From Neoechinorhynchus agilis (taxonomy: Eukaryota > Animalia > Acanthocephala): DNA of 64,000 nucleotides. The notes below the pieces were generated by a model that did not search any database, was not told the origin of the DNA, and saw only the letters and a program-made list of their open reading frames with translations. Positions 36,560-49,100 of the stretch are shown here, in pieces. Every line of letters begins with the position of its first letter. Positions within the stretch are counted from its first letter, which is position 1. The translations under genes and the position numbers were made by a program. Location of the stretch: assembly GCA_051530055.1 (NCBI GenBank), contig CM121341.1:14982784-15046783 (forward strand), read 5' to 3'.

Positions 36560-37200
36560 CGATAACGGCTCATCAATATGCCTCAAAGCCTCTAATGTAA
36601 TCGACAAGGTCAACATCACCGATATCGCTAAGGCTCAAATTAACCTTCCGAAACGTACTTTCCTTATTAAAAAGAAAGGCAAAAGGGGAGGGAATTTTCG
36701 CCCTGTATCCATTCAGAACTCACTGATTTATATTTACGAACGGGCTCTAGCTAAATCTCTTTTATAATTTGCATTAAATAACGACTGCATCGACCGATGA
36801 TTCCACGGTTTTTTATCCCATAAATCCGTTCCGACGGCAATGACTGAAATTATTACTAACTTTAATTCAAATCAGAAATCAATGAACATTTAAATCTCCT
36901 TTGATATTTTCATAATAAGGATCCTTCGTTATTTCCACTTCCCTTATAATCCCATTGCGCGAGTGCACAACACTATGATCTTTAAGCAATTTTTTTTATC
37001 GAGATGACACATTTCACCAGATCTATAATCAAACGAAGGGAGTTCCGCAGGGGTCTCCGCTCTAACCTATCCTTTTCTGCTTGGCATCCAAATTTCTTCT
37101 TTATAATTGCAGGGTTTGTAATGATTTAATCCTATATGCAAATGATTGCCACTCAACTCGCTGAAAACACAATTTATTTTAAAATCTAGATCGGTTGTGG
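36560..37200 (+). mobile_element. Decayed reverse transcriptase, probably non-LTR
   Basis: IKKKGKRGGNFRPVSIQNSLIYIYERAL, FHGFLSHKSVPTAM, NQTKGVPQGSPL*PILF and ILYANDC (YADD-like), broken by stops and frameshifts. Confidence 0.7.
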
Positions 37201-37699
37201 ACAAAAGACGTGTTCGTGACTTTTATAAACAATTTTTTAATCTGACCTCGTCTTTACGGTTGTGGGGTGTACCCTCACATCCAATATGCTTATTAGACAC
37301 GATTTTTGCAAATTAAAGAGGCTATTACGCGTGGCTATAGTTAAAGCTAGTAGAGCTCTCAAACTTGGACTCGGCTCTCATGAGACCAAAAGTATGTGGA
37401 ACTCTTAAGCAATCTCAGGCCTAGTTTTCCACTCAAGAGGTGGACCCAACGACTAATTTTCATTAGCACTTTCCTAGGGGCTCTGAGCAAACTCCCTTAT
37501 TCTTGGAAACACTCGAACGACTGGACGGACAAAGCGCTTAAATGGACAGCTATGCTTTAATTAATTATTGTTGACTAATAACTAGTATCTCACGCACACT
37601 AGTAGTCGACCCACTACTGTTTTTCTCGAATAAATCTATGCTGTTGCTGAGGATGATGTGAATTTCCAATGCCGAATAAATCATCTAAATAAAAGCTGA

Positions 37700-38700
37700 G
37701 GAAGCACCATAACGCCTACATGCGTATCGGTGTTTTGAGAGCCTTTTGCTGAGTACCTGTTTGGTTTGTCCCACACATTTAGCTGGGCAGTTATTGCAAT
37801 GGACATCCTATACAACGTCATGGTGCTCATATTTTGGCTTATAAGTAAGGATTTCTGCAAGGGTATTATACAAAATGATCGTCTTGCCCAGGTCACGAAA
37901 ATCCCGTCTATGGTTCGATTGACTTTCATTGTCTACAAATTTTATCCCTATATATTTGATTTTGTCATTCTCAGTACATGTCAGGATTATTTTCTTGTGT
38001 CTATTTGCGGCGTTCTTGACTTTGTGGAAAGCTATTCTTATCGCCGATTTGGGATAGATAATCGCTCTCAGAGTTTGAACAATCAAACGTATTTCAGCCT
38101 GTCGAAACCAATAAATTAGGCGTATTTTATCGCCGCTCAGAAAGAGGGACACAGCTACAGATATTTTATATGAATCCGGAATGTGTCTAAGACCAATGCA
38201 AAGGAAACGATGCTCAAAACACAGATCCAGGAGACGACGACTAACAGAAACATCTAGAAAATTCATGGTTCACTACTCACTCGCTTTTGTTGTTACAGCC
38301 TATTTGATGTTGATGTGTCTCGAATCTAACAATTCATTTAACCTTTTGGCATCTGTGTTATCTTCGATGATAAAGAATGCATCGTCCATATATCGTCAAT
38401 ATTTCATGAGTCTAGGTAGCCAACTTCAATATCTTTTTCCCACTCTCGCGTGAGCAGCTCAGCTAGGGTTGGAGCTAGAGGTGATCCCATAATCATCGTG
38501 TTGCTAGAACCGTCTTTGTCGTACACCACAATAATTCCTGGGCTTAATCGTCGAAATTTTGTGAGGGCTGCTTACATACACTGACCAACCGATTAGCAGA
38601 AGAAAGTGATAGATTCTTGAATTGGGATATTTGTGAATCAAAGACATCGCATCAACGGTATAAAAACGAAGTCCTTACATAGTGTATTGGCGCATTTCCT
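37700..38700 (-). mobile_element. Decayed Penelope-like element (RT plus GIY-YIG endonuclease)
   Basis: In order on the minus strand: DAMSL/FTNIPIQESI (~38605-38655), MGSPLAPTLAEL (~38455-38490), RYMDDAF (~38378-38395), NFLDV, HIPDSYKISVAVSLF, IYPKSAI, NTLAEIL, then VV*DVHCNNCPAKCVGQTKQVLSKRLSKHR (~37715-37820). Confidence 0.85.
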
Positions 38701-39698
38701 TGGCATGTCTTTATTCACAAATGTACCGATTTAAGAATCTATCATTTCATTATAACGCTATGATATCTGTGTTTTAGATGGCAAACTTTGTTAATGTCGG
38801 AAATAAATCAGTGAATTTAAATCCGGGGTGACAAAACTACCAAAAGCAAGCATTTAAATTTATTGAACGTCTACTCTAGTATGGATTTTGTGTGTATATG
38901 GAGACTTAGAATTTTTTACATTAAAAAATCAATAAACGTTGAGTGCTATGTTAAGAAGTATGAGAAGTTTTTAGAATAAAAGCACGTTTCTATGTTTACC
39001 ACAAAGGATTCAGAAAGTCCTATTGATTTCAAACTAACAAATTCAAGAGCAACAGCCGAGCAATCACGTTGCGAACTTCTTAACAAGTTAAAAATGTCGA
39101 TGAAAATCTAAACGTGTCGAGATTCCTTAGCTTCAAATAAACTTCCATTTGGCATATTCAATTGACAGAAAAGGCCTTATTTTACAAGTTGCTAAGTTGA
39201 GAGCTTCCTTACTAAGACCATTTCGGCTTGTTGTGCGAGTCGAACATATGAATTTATTTGGAAGTAAAAAATTCGCAAGTATAAAGAATTCGCTTAAATT
39301 GTATTTTGAGTTGTCTATAAATCAACAAGAAAACCTGATAATTTTCATTCGATTGATCGTCGATCCTTTGAACATTCAACAGGAACCTTAAAGCAGCTCC
39401 ATCGAAAAGGTTTCGTGAGAAAACCGTTACATTAACTTTCCATCAAAAATGTTATATTTATGATATGATTGCGATGAAAGTATAAGTCTAAAATAAATAG
39501 TGTCCCAAGGGCGAAGAATTAGACTGCAAATATGAAACAATCTGCAATTTTTACTATTAGTGGATGTATAGCATCAATAGTTTTCTCCCGCTTAAAAATA
39601 CTAAGCCGTCTACATTTGTGACTAATGCACCCAGCGCCGCGCGACATCACTCACATCGGATTATTTTTCCCTTTTTCTCTCATATACAGGTATAGATC

Positions 39699-40483
39699 AT
39701 GGGTACCAACAACACCGGTATGGCGAACGAATGTCGACTGGTACCACCCGATCCATTTAATATTGAGCTTGGCAAGTTCAAACGGAATCCTGCTTGGCCT
39801 GCCGAAGCCTTTGTCTGCTTTCAAATAGTCGTAAACGTATACGACTTCCATCGCAAACTCCGCGATGCTAAAGAACGCGGTGGAAGGATTTTCACCTTGT
39901 TTTTTGCCAGCCCGGACGAGAAAGGGAACTTTTGGTGTCCGGACTGTCAAAAGGGTAGGTTTTGTACCGATTTAATTAAAAAAAATCGGAACGAGCATTC
40001 GTTTTGGGTTAATCTACTCTTTTATTTGGCCGATACAGAGCGATTTCTTCGCCGAAATAAGAGAGATCAATCTGTAGTCTAATTCGGAATTTATTAAGCC
40101 GATTCAAAATAACTAGAATTTACAAATAAATTCCAATGTTTTATAAAACCTTTCATCACTTTCATGGTTTCACATAAGCCCTGCTATATTTCCTTTTAGC
40201 CGTTCCAGCACTTTGCAATACCCTTCCCAATATTGAACAGAATTCTACGTTTTTAATTGTGTACGTCGGTGACAGAGATAAGTTAGTGTGGAGATAATTA
40301 ATTTCAATCATCGCATCTCGCGCTCTTAGATGGAAAAATCCTAACAACGAATTTCGTGCAGATCCAGATATCCGTGTGCAATCAGTTCCAACGTTGTTGG
40401 AATGGGGGACAAGTAAAAAATTGGTTGAGGCTGACTTGTGGGAGGAAGATATGGTCTCGATATTTATAAGAAAAAAAGAGTAG
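39699..40483 (+). CDS. TXNDC17: Thioredoxin domain-containing protein 17 (TRP14)-like, 3 exons
   Basis: IFTLFFASPDEKGNFWCPDCQK, then GT-AG introns 39955-40199 and 40282-40329, then VYVGDRDKWKNPNNEFR...VPTLLEWGTSKKLVE. The start codon is uncertain. Confidence 0.88.
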
Positions 40484-40532
40484 AAGAAGACCTGCCCAAC
40501 ACATATTCAAGCATTTATTGTGTCAGTAACCG

Positions 40533-42792
40533 TCAATTAAAAAGATTTCTTTTATATTTAGGAGTGCTGTTTGTTGTCGATAGTGGGGTATTCGCCGTTT
40601 GTTTCACAGACTGTTCGCGCTTTTCCTGCTCTAATTGGGCTTTTCGAACCTCCAGTTTATCACGATCTTCCTTTATATTCGCTTGATAGTTTTCGCGTGT
40701 CCGTAATACCTAAAGGGTAGATAAGACATAGCGAATTTCAAATGAAATAATTTTAAAGAAAAAAAACTTAAACTACTTTGGGTTGTGTACATTTTTCAAT
40801 AACTCACGGCAGGCCATTTGCAAATCAAAGCTTACATTTAGTCGAGTTTCTTCCAATTTTTGCATTTTTTCCGCAACTTTATTCTCATACACTTGCTCCA
40901 TGTCGACCCGAGTATGATAAAGTCTTTGTTCGAATTCTCGTTTCTCATCCTCAATCTGAGACAACAGAGTTCGCCTTAAATTTTAGGCAAATAAGGGATT
41001 TCGATACCAACAACACATACTGCTTTCCAGCACCGTTAGCTTCAAAAGACGTAATCTCCGTGAGTTTTTGTGAACGATAAGATTCATAGTGGATACAATG
41101 AGTACTTTCCCTAAGATCGTACATATGTGTTCTAAAGTAAAACGCAAGGTAATCGAATGAAGCATTCCGAATGATTGCAATTACCTAATAAGCATTTTCC
41201 TCAACGGTAAGAAGTCACAATGTTCGGTATTATCCGCGTTCACAAATCCCCAAGCATATTCACGCCCGCGGTATATTCGTCCACTTTCCTCGTCTTTGCG
41301 AACACAATTGCTACCTATTACTGCAAAAGGTATCAATGTTTTGGGATCAATTCCATCGAACTCTTCAGCAGGAGCTGTGGTCGCGCTTAAACCAAAGTCA
41401 TAAATCTTGATACGGTGCTTATTTAGGTCAGACATTATTTGTTTTTTAAACGCCTTTAATTCTTGATTTGTCAGAGTATCTGATTTTGCAATTAATGGAA
41501 CAATGTTCACTCTATCACTGAGTCGCGTCATAAGTTCAATGTCAATAGAACGAAGACTTCTCATATAAAAAGTCAGTGACCTAAAAGTTATCATTCCTAA
41601 AAGAAACTTACCAATGACCGGTTGGAGCTATGAAATACAGACAACAATGAACGCGATGGTCGTCAATAGGCAATTTTCGGTCAATGTTGAATTCAGCATT
41701 CAGGTATTCAGCAAATCCGTTGTTTACGTGTTGAACAATTGGTTCCCAACTAAAGTTATAAGTGGAGATTTTTACAAAAATCGATTTAAGCGAAAATACT
41801 GATAATAGGAATACTAAGTTGATATTATCACGTAAACGCAATTTGGGAGTTACACACACGACTATTTAACAAATTGAACAGAAGACATACCATCCACTAT
41901 TATCGAGTGAATCGCCAAATCCAGGAGTATCGATCAAAGTCAAATTTAATCCTACTCCATTTTCAGTTAGTCTAATACTTCTGGTCTTTATTTGGGTTGT
42001 CACTTTTGCGCTTTCAACATTGATACGATTCATTTTCGGCTCAACATCGCTTAGCTCAGTCATGAATAATGAATTTAAAAATGTACTTTTACCAAGTCCA
42101 GATTCGCCTAAGTTTTTTATGAGAATAAGTACAACACGTAGTGTGTCATGACCTAACCTACGACCATCAGGTTAAAACAGAAACCACGACGAACTGCACG
42201 TCGGTGAAGTTGGTTTGGAAACGTTGCAAATCCGACATAAGATTCAGGGGACTTGAATACAATCGGTTTATCGAAACTGGATTGCTGTGTTTTTGGAACT
42301 TTATTCTCATCTTTTATCTTAGCGTTTTGTGCATCCAATGGAGCACGTGGGGCATGTTTGAGTTTTGGTTGCTGTTCACTAGCAGCTTCTTGACTCGGCA
42401 ATGGTGGAGCTGGAAATTGGTCTGCTGATTTAACTCCATTTGCTATCATTCCAATTCGAATGTTCACAGGACGCACTGAATCGCGATTGCGCTAAATATC
42501 AACTGGGTGTGATTATCTGCAAGTACAAAAGCATTGCGAAGAGCTACCCAAAAATTAAAAATGTCACGGTTCCGTTCCAGAATTGCAGTAGCATCCATTG
42601 TACCAGGAAAACAGGGGGAATTACGGAACCAGATAACGTGACAGGTTATCTTAGCATACACATGCAGATCTCAGAATAAACACACAATCGATCTCAGATG
42701 AATAGGGTCGCGGTCATTACCTGGCACGGTGGGCTCTCTTCTCCTGGTTGCTGAGAATCAGGTTTTCGCTTCAGCGCTAATGGTGTCTCCAT
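40533..42792 (-). CDS. SEPT7: Septin, SEPT7 group, multi-exon
   Basis: [66 protein letters not shown] and coiled coil [12 protein letters not shown]. All introns resolve as GT-AG. Proposed first exon 42792-42721 ([10 protein letters not shown]...). Confidence 0.92.
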
Positions 42793-43627
42793 CGAAAATT
42801 GTAAATATGTAAGAGGTGTCTGATGATTGATGGACAAATACTTATGGTCAATGTGCGTTCAACTACTAACTGCGGCAGGTTATTAAACTTCGACGTCATC
42901 GTGGCGGTTTTTAAAATCTACTAGGGAAAGTGAGAAACTTATCAAATTTTTAATGCGATTTGTTAGACCTCTCGCAAAAAATTCGAGCTTTTAAATAGAT
43001 CCTATACCCAAAATCAAGGCTGAAATATATCACTTTTATAAGTACAGAATTTAAAAATTAACCTACCAAAGTGAATGTATGCATCTCCCACATTTGAGAT
43101 GCTTTTAAACGAACGTAAAATTCCGAAACATCTTTTTTGCAAGACAAACACAAAAGCACACTGAAAACATAAATCAATACTGCTAAAAACGTTGTTACTA
43201 CATTTGCTTTGTATAAGAAAGGACGCTGAATAATATAAAGTATATGTATTTTAAGGGATCCTTCAGACCATTGGAAGCAAGGAAATCGTATACTTTGACT
43301 GACTTTTCAGTTAGTTTTTATTGACACAATTTTTTCCTAATGGCATTGTAATCATTAAAGGTATCCTTCAATATTGTAGGTCCCACCTAAACTTTCTAAG
43401 GGCAGCAAGTATCACAAATATCTACACAATCGCGCAGTAAATTCCGTAATTTTCAATGTGGTGCACGAAATGTCCGCTTTTAAAATAGCAAAATAATAAC
43501 TTTTTATTAGCGTATTTAAGAAGCAAAAATCTTTCATTCGCGTCAAATACAATTTTCAAAGTGTTTGGCACCAAAGGTACTTTTATAGTTCTTCTATTTA
43601 TTAAATTTGTTATTTGAGTCTTCACCC

Positions 43628-43707
43628 GGTAGAGAACGTTTTATTGCAGACGGTTCAGGGATGAACTTGACGAGGTTCGAAACGTCTGTAATAAAACGTT
43701 TTCTACC
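43628..43707. mobile_element. Small fold-back element with a Penelope-type terminus
   Basis: Arms ggtagagaacgttttattgcagacg and cgtctgtaataaaacgttttctacc. It contains GAA-ACGT-C-TG followed by AATAAA; the upstream core is mutated (GGGATGA). Confidence 0.5.
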
Positions 43708-44537
43708 TGCTGAATACCTAAATAAAAAATTTAATCAATTACTCCGGTACTTCGCATATCGCCACCTTTTCACCTTCTTTAAAATAACATAAAAGACAAA
43801 AGAGTGATTACTTTCTTATGCTCCCGTCTGGATCATTGAATATTTTTAAACATTTTGGTTCTTATGGCATTAGCGAATTAATCAAGAAAGTAGCTGAAGA
43901 TTGCCGTGTTTGAAGAATTTCCCTATAAATGCATATTATTGATTTAAATCTCGATCTGCATTAAACGCAAATCTAGGAAAAAAGGTTACATTCTAACAGT
44001 GCACATTAAAATGTCTAAAATCAAAAACTTGTATTTAAGAGTGGATTATTCATGCTATGTGTTGATTGCAGAAACTGCCATAAGCGAATACAGGAATAAT
44101 TATAGCGATGTCATTTCAGAAAGATATTTGACTGACGACTCGCATCGAAAGGCAAAATTGACAGTGGGAATATTTATGGCGCTAATCCGTGTGTGATGAG
44201 CTCGACCTCATAGAATAAAAAAGTCTGAATACAATTATGCGGCATATTCTCGGAAAGTCAACTTGGCTCTATGGAGTAGACATAGAGGTGGTAAAATGTC
44301 ATATAAGAACTGAAGCATATTATGCCAGCGAGGCATTTCAAAGACCTTTTCCCATGGAGGCTATTAATGGGGTCAACAAAGAAGCTGTTGAAGGGAATGT
44401 CATTAAAAGATGATTAATATATTACGCACGAAGGACAGATTAGATATTTTTGAATTATTTTTAGAAAATTTCTGAAGTGAAACGGGTGGGGCAATTAAAA
44501 TTAGCGCAGTAAGTGTAAATATGTCGTAAATGATCGG

Positions 44538-44795
44538 TCAAGTGAAAGGAATATCGGTACTTTCCTTTTCATTTGCCGAAGATCTTACCTGTTGGCTAAG
44601 ATATTTGCTTGACAGGTAGCAGCTGGGATCGAGAGACGAAGGAGTTGGAGAATTTAGATAATTGGAACGATAGAAGATATGCCGTGTCATATCGTGATTG
44701 AATCGAGCACCGTTCATTTGATACTGCTGCTGGTCCTCTGACGCCTCCATGGATATATTGTAGTCGTTCGGTTTTTGTTGTTTTTCGTTTGACAT
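44538..44795 (-). other. Possible first coding exon of an unidentified gene
   Basis: ATG-initiated Q/S/N-rich reading frame with a strong donor cag|gtaaga near 44590. No downstream exon was identified. Confidence 0.3.
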
Positions 44796-45205
44796 TATGT
44801 ATAGGCTACTTTTCTAGAGTGATTTTATCTCACGAGAAACGAAACAAATTTTGTGACAGACAGTGCTTCGTTTCGGACGAAGACTAATTCTCGCTTGAGA
44901 GGACATGTATTCGTCTAGTCAATAGAAGCATTCTCCTTACGTGTGGATCCCATTCAAAAGACGTATTTCCCTTCTATAGACATCGCTTAATGGTCTTAAT
45001 CGCTGTTTGCAGTATGTGTGGAAAGACGTACCGGTCTTGCATTTGATTGCTGAAGCACACAAAGACGGCAAGCGTAGATTTAAAGATTACGAACCGTTTC
45101 AAATTTATTTGTCAAAAATTAGATTTCTCTTCTGTCCGAAATCGCATTCATCCCACTTTTGCCGTTTCTAGACACATTGAGGTCGTAGAATCGGGTTCGT
45201 AAAGA

Positions 45206-45325
45206 TTTATTTATTTTTGTTTAAGAAGAGGATCCATGTACCTCTGGGTCCTCGTGATCACTTTAGAGTTGATGACGGATCCGGAAATTGGAGTGGATTA
45301 TGTGGATGACGGATCCGGAGGATGA
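45206..45325 (-). mobile_element. 5'-truncated second copy of the 35837-36440 SINE-like family
   Basis: tttatttatttttgtttaagaagaggatccatgtacctctgggtcctcgtgatcactttagag...gatgacggatccgga is nearly identical to 35837-35935. Confidence 0.75.
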
Positions 45326-46118
45326 CTGTCGACGACAGTGTTTCAAATCAGTTAAAAAACAAAACAGGTACATTAAAACTCTCGCATGTACTGTTTTTGT
45401 CCTTTAAACCTATGGAGCATTGTAAGTGTTTTTGGTTGTTAGCTTCGTAAAAGATTTTAAGCATCAACATTGAAATGTATCAGTTCTTCATCTCTAACGA
45501 ATCATAAATCGTACACGCTCAAATATTAAAGAATTTCTTTTACTCAACGAGCTATTGATTAATAATTATAGGGATTTTTAACTTTAACAAAAGATTTATT
45601 TTCACTGAACAGACATAAACATTCAGACTAGAATGCGTTTTAACTAACCTCGATTATATTCCATGCTTGCATTGACGAACTGATGAACTTTTAAGAAAGG
45701 ATCTATATTAGATCCAACAGATTTTCAGATTTACCCTACAACGCAGTACAATATTTTTCCTAAGTAATAGAAACAACTATCAAGTAAGGACTAAAGGTGT
45801 AAGGACGTATTGTTTATGATTTAACAATGAATCTGTGTTTCCTAATAACTGAAATTCGCAAATCGGTATCCGAAACTAAGTAATTTTTAGAATTAATGGA
45901 CGATTCAGTGGAGCAGTCAACTTTTTGCCGATGCAAAATTGTTTTCCCAGTCGATTCCGTTCCATAATATTTCAAATTATATTTTTTATACATTGACCAT
46001 TCCATGTAAAGTTCGTGTGGCAGTTAGACTATGATAATTTAACTTTCTATAGTCAACAAAGCCGTCTTTATTCTGTGCGGATTGTGCTATAGATCTTGAA
46101 AACACGCGCATCGATCTT

Positions 46119-49100
46119 TCACCACCGTCTTCTCGGCGTATTCTTATTTGAATCATGGACTTGTGAGGTCTTTGGCATAATATCTCCACCGCCGAATCTA
46201 CTTCGACTTTTATTTTCGACTACATTTTCATTTCTTCTATCGTTCCCACTTGTTTTATTTGTGGTACTTGTCAGATCGCCTTCAGCTGCTTCGGCTATTT
46301 CACTTTCGGTAGTCTTTGAGGTGTCTTCTTTGCTACCTTTATCTGCTGTGGTTCTCTCTGTTTCGCTCGGTTGGTCATTTACATTAATTTTTGATGAAAT
46401 TCTTGGCGAGTTAAGTTTGCCCGTTTCAAACGTTCCTGTTTTGAATCTACTACGCTTTTTTGGTTCCTCCTTTTCTGCTTTCTTTGTTTCGTTGAATTTT
46501 GGTGCAGCATCACTGCTCTTCTTTATCACAGGTAATCCCAATTTATTCGATTCTCCATTTTCATCCAACAATTTTGAAGTTGACACCTTTTTTGGTGCTT
46601 GTTGTCCTCCTTCTTTGCCTTCCACCGTTGTTGCAAAACGTTCTTTTGTTTTAGATTCCACGTTTGCTGTCTTATCTATATTTCCGACTTTTGTTGATTT
46701 CATTGTTTCACACGTTTCTTCATCATCATCTTTTTCAACTGTTGTTGCAAACCTTTCACGTCTTATGGGCTTGCTTTTTTCTAATTTTTCTGTTTTATTG
46801 ACGCTTTTTAATTCAACTTTTTTATCTGCCTCCGTAAATGTCTCCAACGTCTTTGGTTCAGACTTATTTTCATCTTTCTCATCCGCCGCTGCGAACCTTC
46901 CACGCCTTTTGGGCTTGCCCTCTTCTTCTTTTCCCGATGCACAAATCTTTTTAGTGTTGTCACTTACCTCCTTCTTATCTGGAGGTGTCTCTAACGTCTT
47001 TGGTTCAGACTTATTTTCATCTTTCTCATTGGCTGCTGCGAACCTTCCACGTCTTTTGGGCTTGTACTTTTCTTCTTTTTCCGATGTATTGGACTTTTTC
47101 GCCTTATCGTTAACCTCCTTCTTCTCTGAAGGTATCTCTAGCTTCTTTGGTTCAGACTTATTTTCATCTTTCTCGTCCACCGCTGCGAACCTTCCACGTC
47201 TTTTGGGCTTGTCCTCTTCTTTTTCCGGTGCAGCAGTCTTTTTAGCTTTATCGCTAACCTCCTTCTCTGTAAGCATCTCTAACTTCTTTGGTTCAGACTT
47301 ATTTTCACTTTTCTCATCCGCCGCTGCGAACCTTCCATGTCTTTTGGGCTTGTCCTCTTCTTTTTCCGGTGCAGCAGTCTTTTTCGCTTTATTGCTAACC
47401 TCCTTCTTCTCTGTAGGTGTCTCTAACTTCTTTGGTTCAGACTTATTTTCACCTTTCTCATCGGCTGCTGCGAACCTTCCAAGTCTTTTGGGCTTGTCCT
47501 CTTCTTTTTCCGGTGCAGCAGTCTTTTTCGCTTTATTGCTAACCTCCTTCTTCTCTGTAGGTGTCTCTAACTTCTTTGGTTCAGACTTATTTTCACCTTT
47601 CTCATCGGCTGCTGCGAACCTTCCAAGTCTTTTGGGCTTGTCCTCTTCTTTTTCCGGTGCAGCAGTCTTTTTCGCTTTATTGCTAACCTCCTTCTTCTCT
47701 GTAGGTGTCTCTAACTTCTTTGGTTCAGACTTATTTTCACCTTTCTCATCGGCTGCTGCGAACCTTCCAAGTCTTTTGGGCTTGTCCTCTTCTTTTTCCG
47801 GTGCAGCAGTCTTTTTCGCTTTATTGCTAACCTCCTTCTTCTCTGTAGGTGTCTCTAACTTCTTTGGTTCAGACTTATTTTCACCTTTCTCATCGGCTGC
47901 TGCGAACCTTCCAAGTCTTTTGGGCTTGTCCTCTTCTTTTTCCGGTGCAGCAGTCTTTTTCGCTTTATTGCTAACCTCCTTCTTCTCTGTAGGTGTCTCT
48001 AACTTCTTTGGTTCAGATTTATTTTCACCTTTCTCATCCACCGCTGCGAACCTTCCACGTCTTTTGGGCTTGTCCTCTTCTTTTTCCGATGCAACAGTCT
48101 TTTTCGCATTATCGCTAACCTCCTTCTTCTCTGGAGGTGTCCCCAACTTCTTAGGCCCAGACTTATTTTCATCTTTCGTATCCGCCGCTGCGAACCTTCC
48201 ACGTCTTTTGGGCTTGTCCTCTTCTTTTTCCGATGCAACAGTCTTTTTCGCTCTATCGCTAACCTCCGTCTTCTCTGGAGGTGTCTCTAAGTTCTTTGGT
48301 TCAGACTTATTTTCATCTTTCTCATCGGCTGCTGCGAACCTTCCACGTCTTTTGGGCTTGTTCTTTTCTTTTTCCAATGTATCGGTCTTTTTCGCTTTAT
48401 CGCTTACCTCCGTCTTCTCTGGAGGTGTCTCCAACTTCTTTGGTTCAGACTTTTTTTCATCTTTCTCATCGGCTGCTGCGATCCTTCCACGTCTTTTGGG
48501 CTTGTCCTTTTCTTTTTCCAATGTATCGGTCTTTTTCGCTCTATCGCTAATCTCCGTCTTCTCTGGAGGTGTCTCTAACTTCTTTGGTTCAGACTTATTT
48601 TCATCTTTTTCATCGGCTGCTGCGAACCTTCCACGTCTTTTGGGATTGTCCTCTTCTTTTTCCGATGCACCAGCCTTTTTAGTTTTGTCACCAACCTCCG
48701 TCTTCTCTGGAGGTTTCTCCAACTTCTTTGGTCCAGACTTATTTTCATCTTTCTCATCGGCTGCTGCGAATCTTCCACGTCTTTTGGGCTTGTCCTTTTC
48801 TTGTTTGTCCGATGTATCGGTCTTTTTCGCGTCATCCCTAACCTGCGTCTTCTCTGGAGGTGTCTCCAACTTCTTTAGTCCAGACTTATTTTCATCTTTC
48901 TCATCGGCTGCTGTGAACCTTTCACGTCTTTTGGGCTTGTCCTTTTCTTTTTCCGATATCTCGGTGTTTCCAGTTGCGAAGTCGGACTTTTTTCGCTTGT
49001 CTTTTGTACTAATTTTTGATGTTGTTGGTTTAGAAGTTTCGTCCGCTGCTGTGGCTGATGCAGCAAACCTGTTGTCTTTCTCCGTTTCATCCTTTAACCA

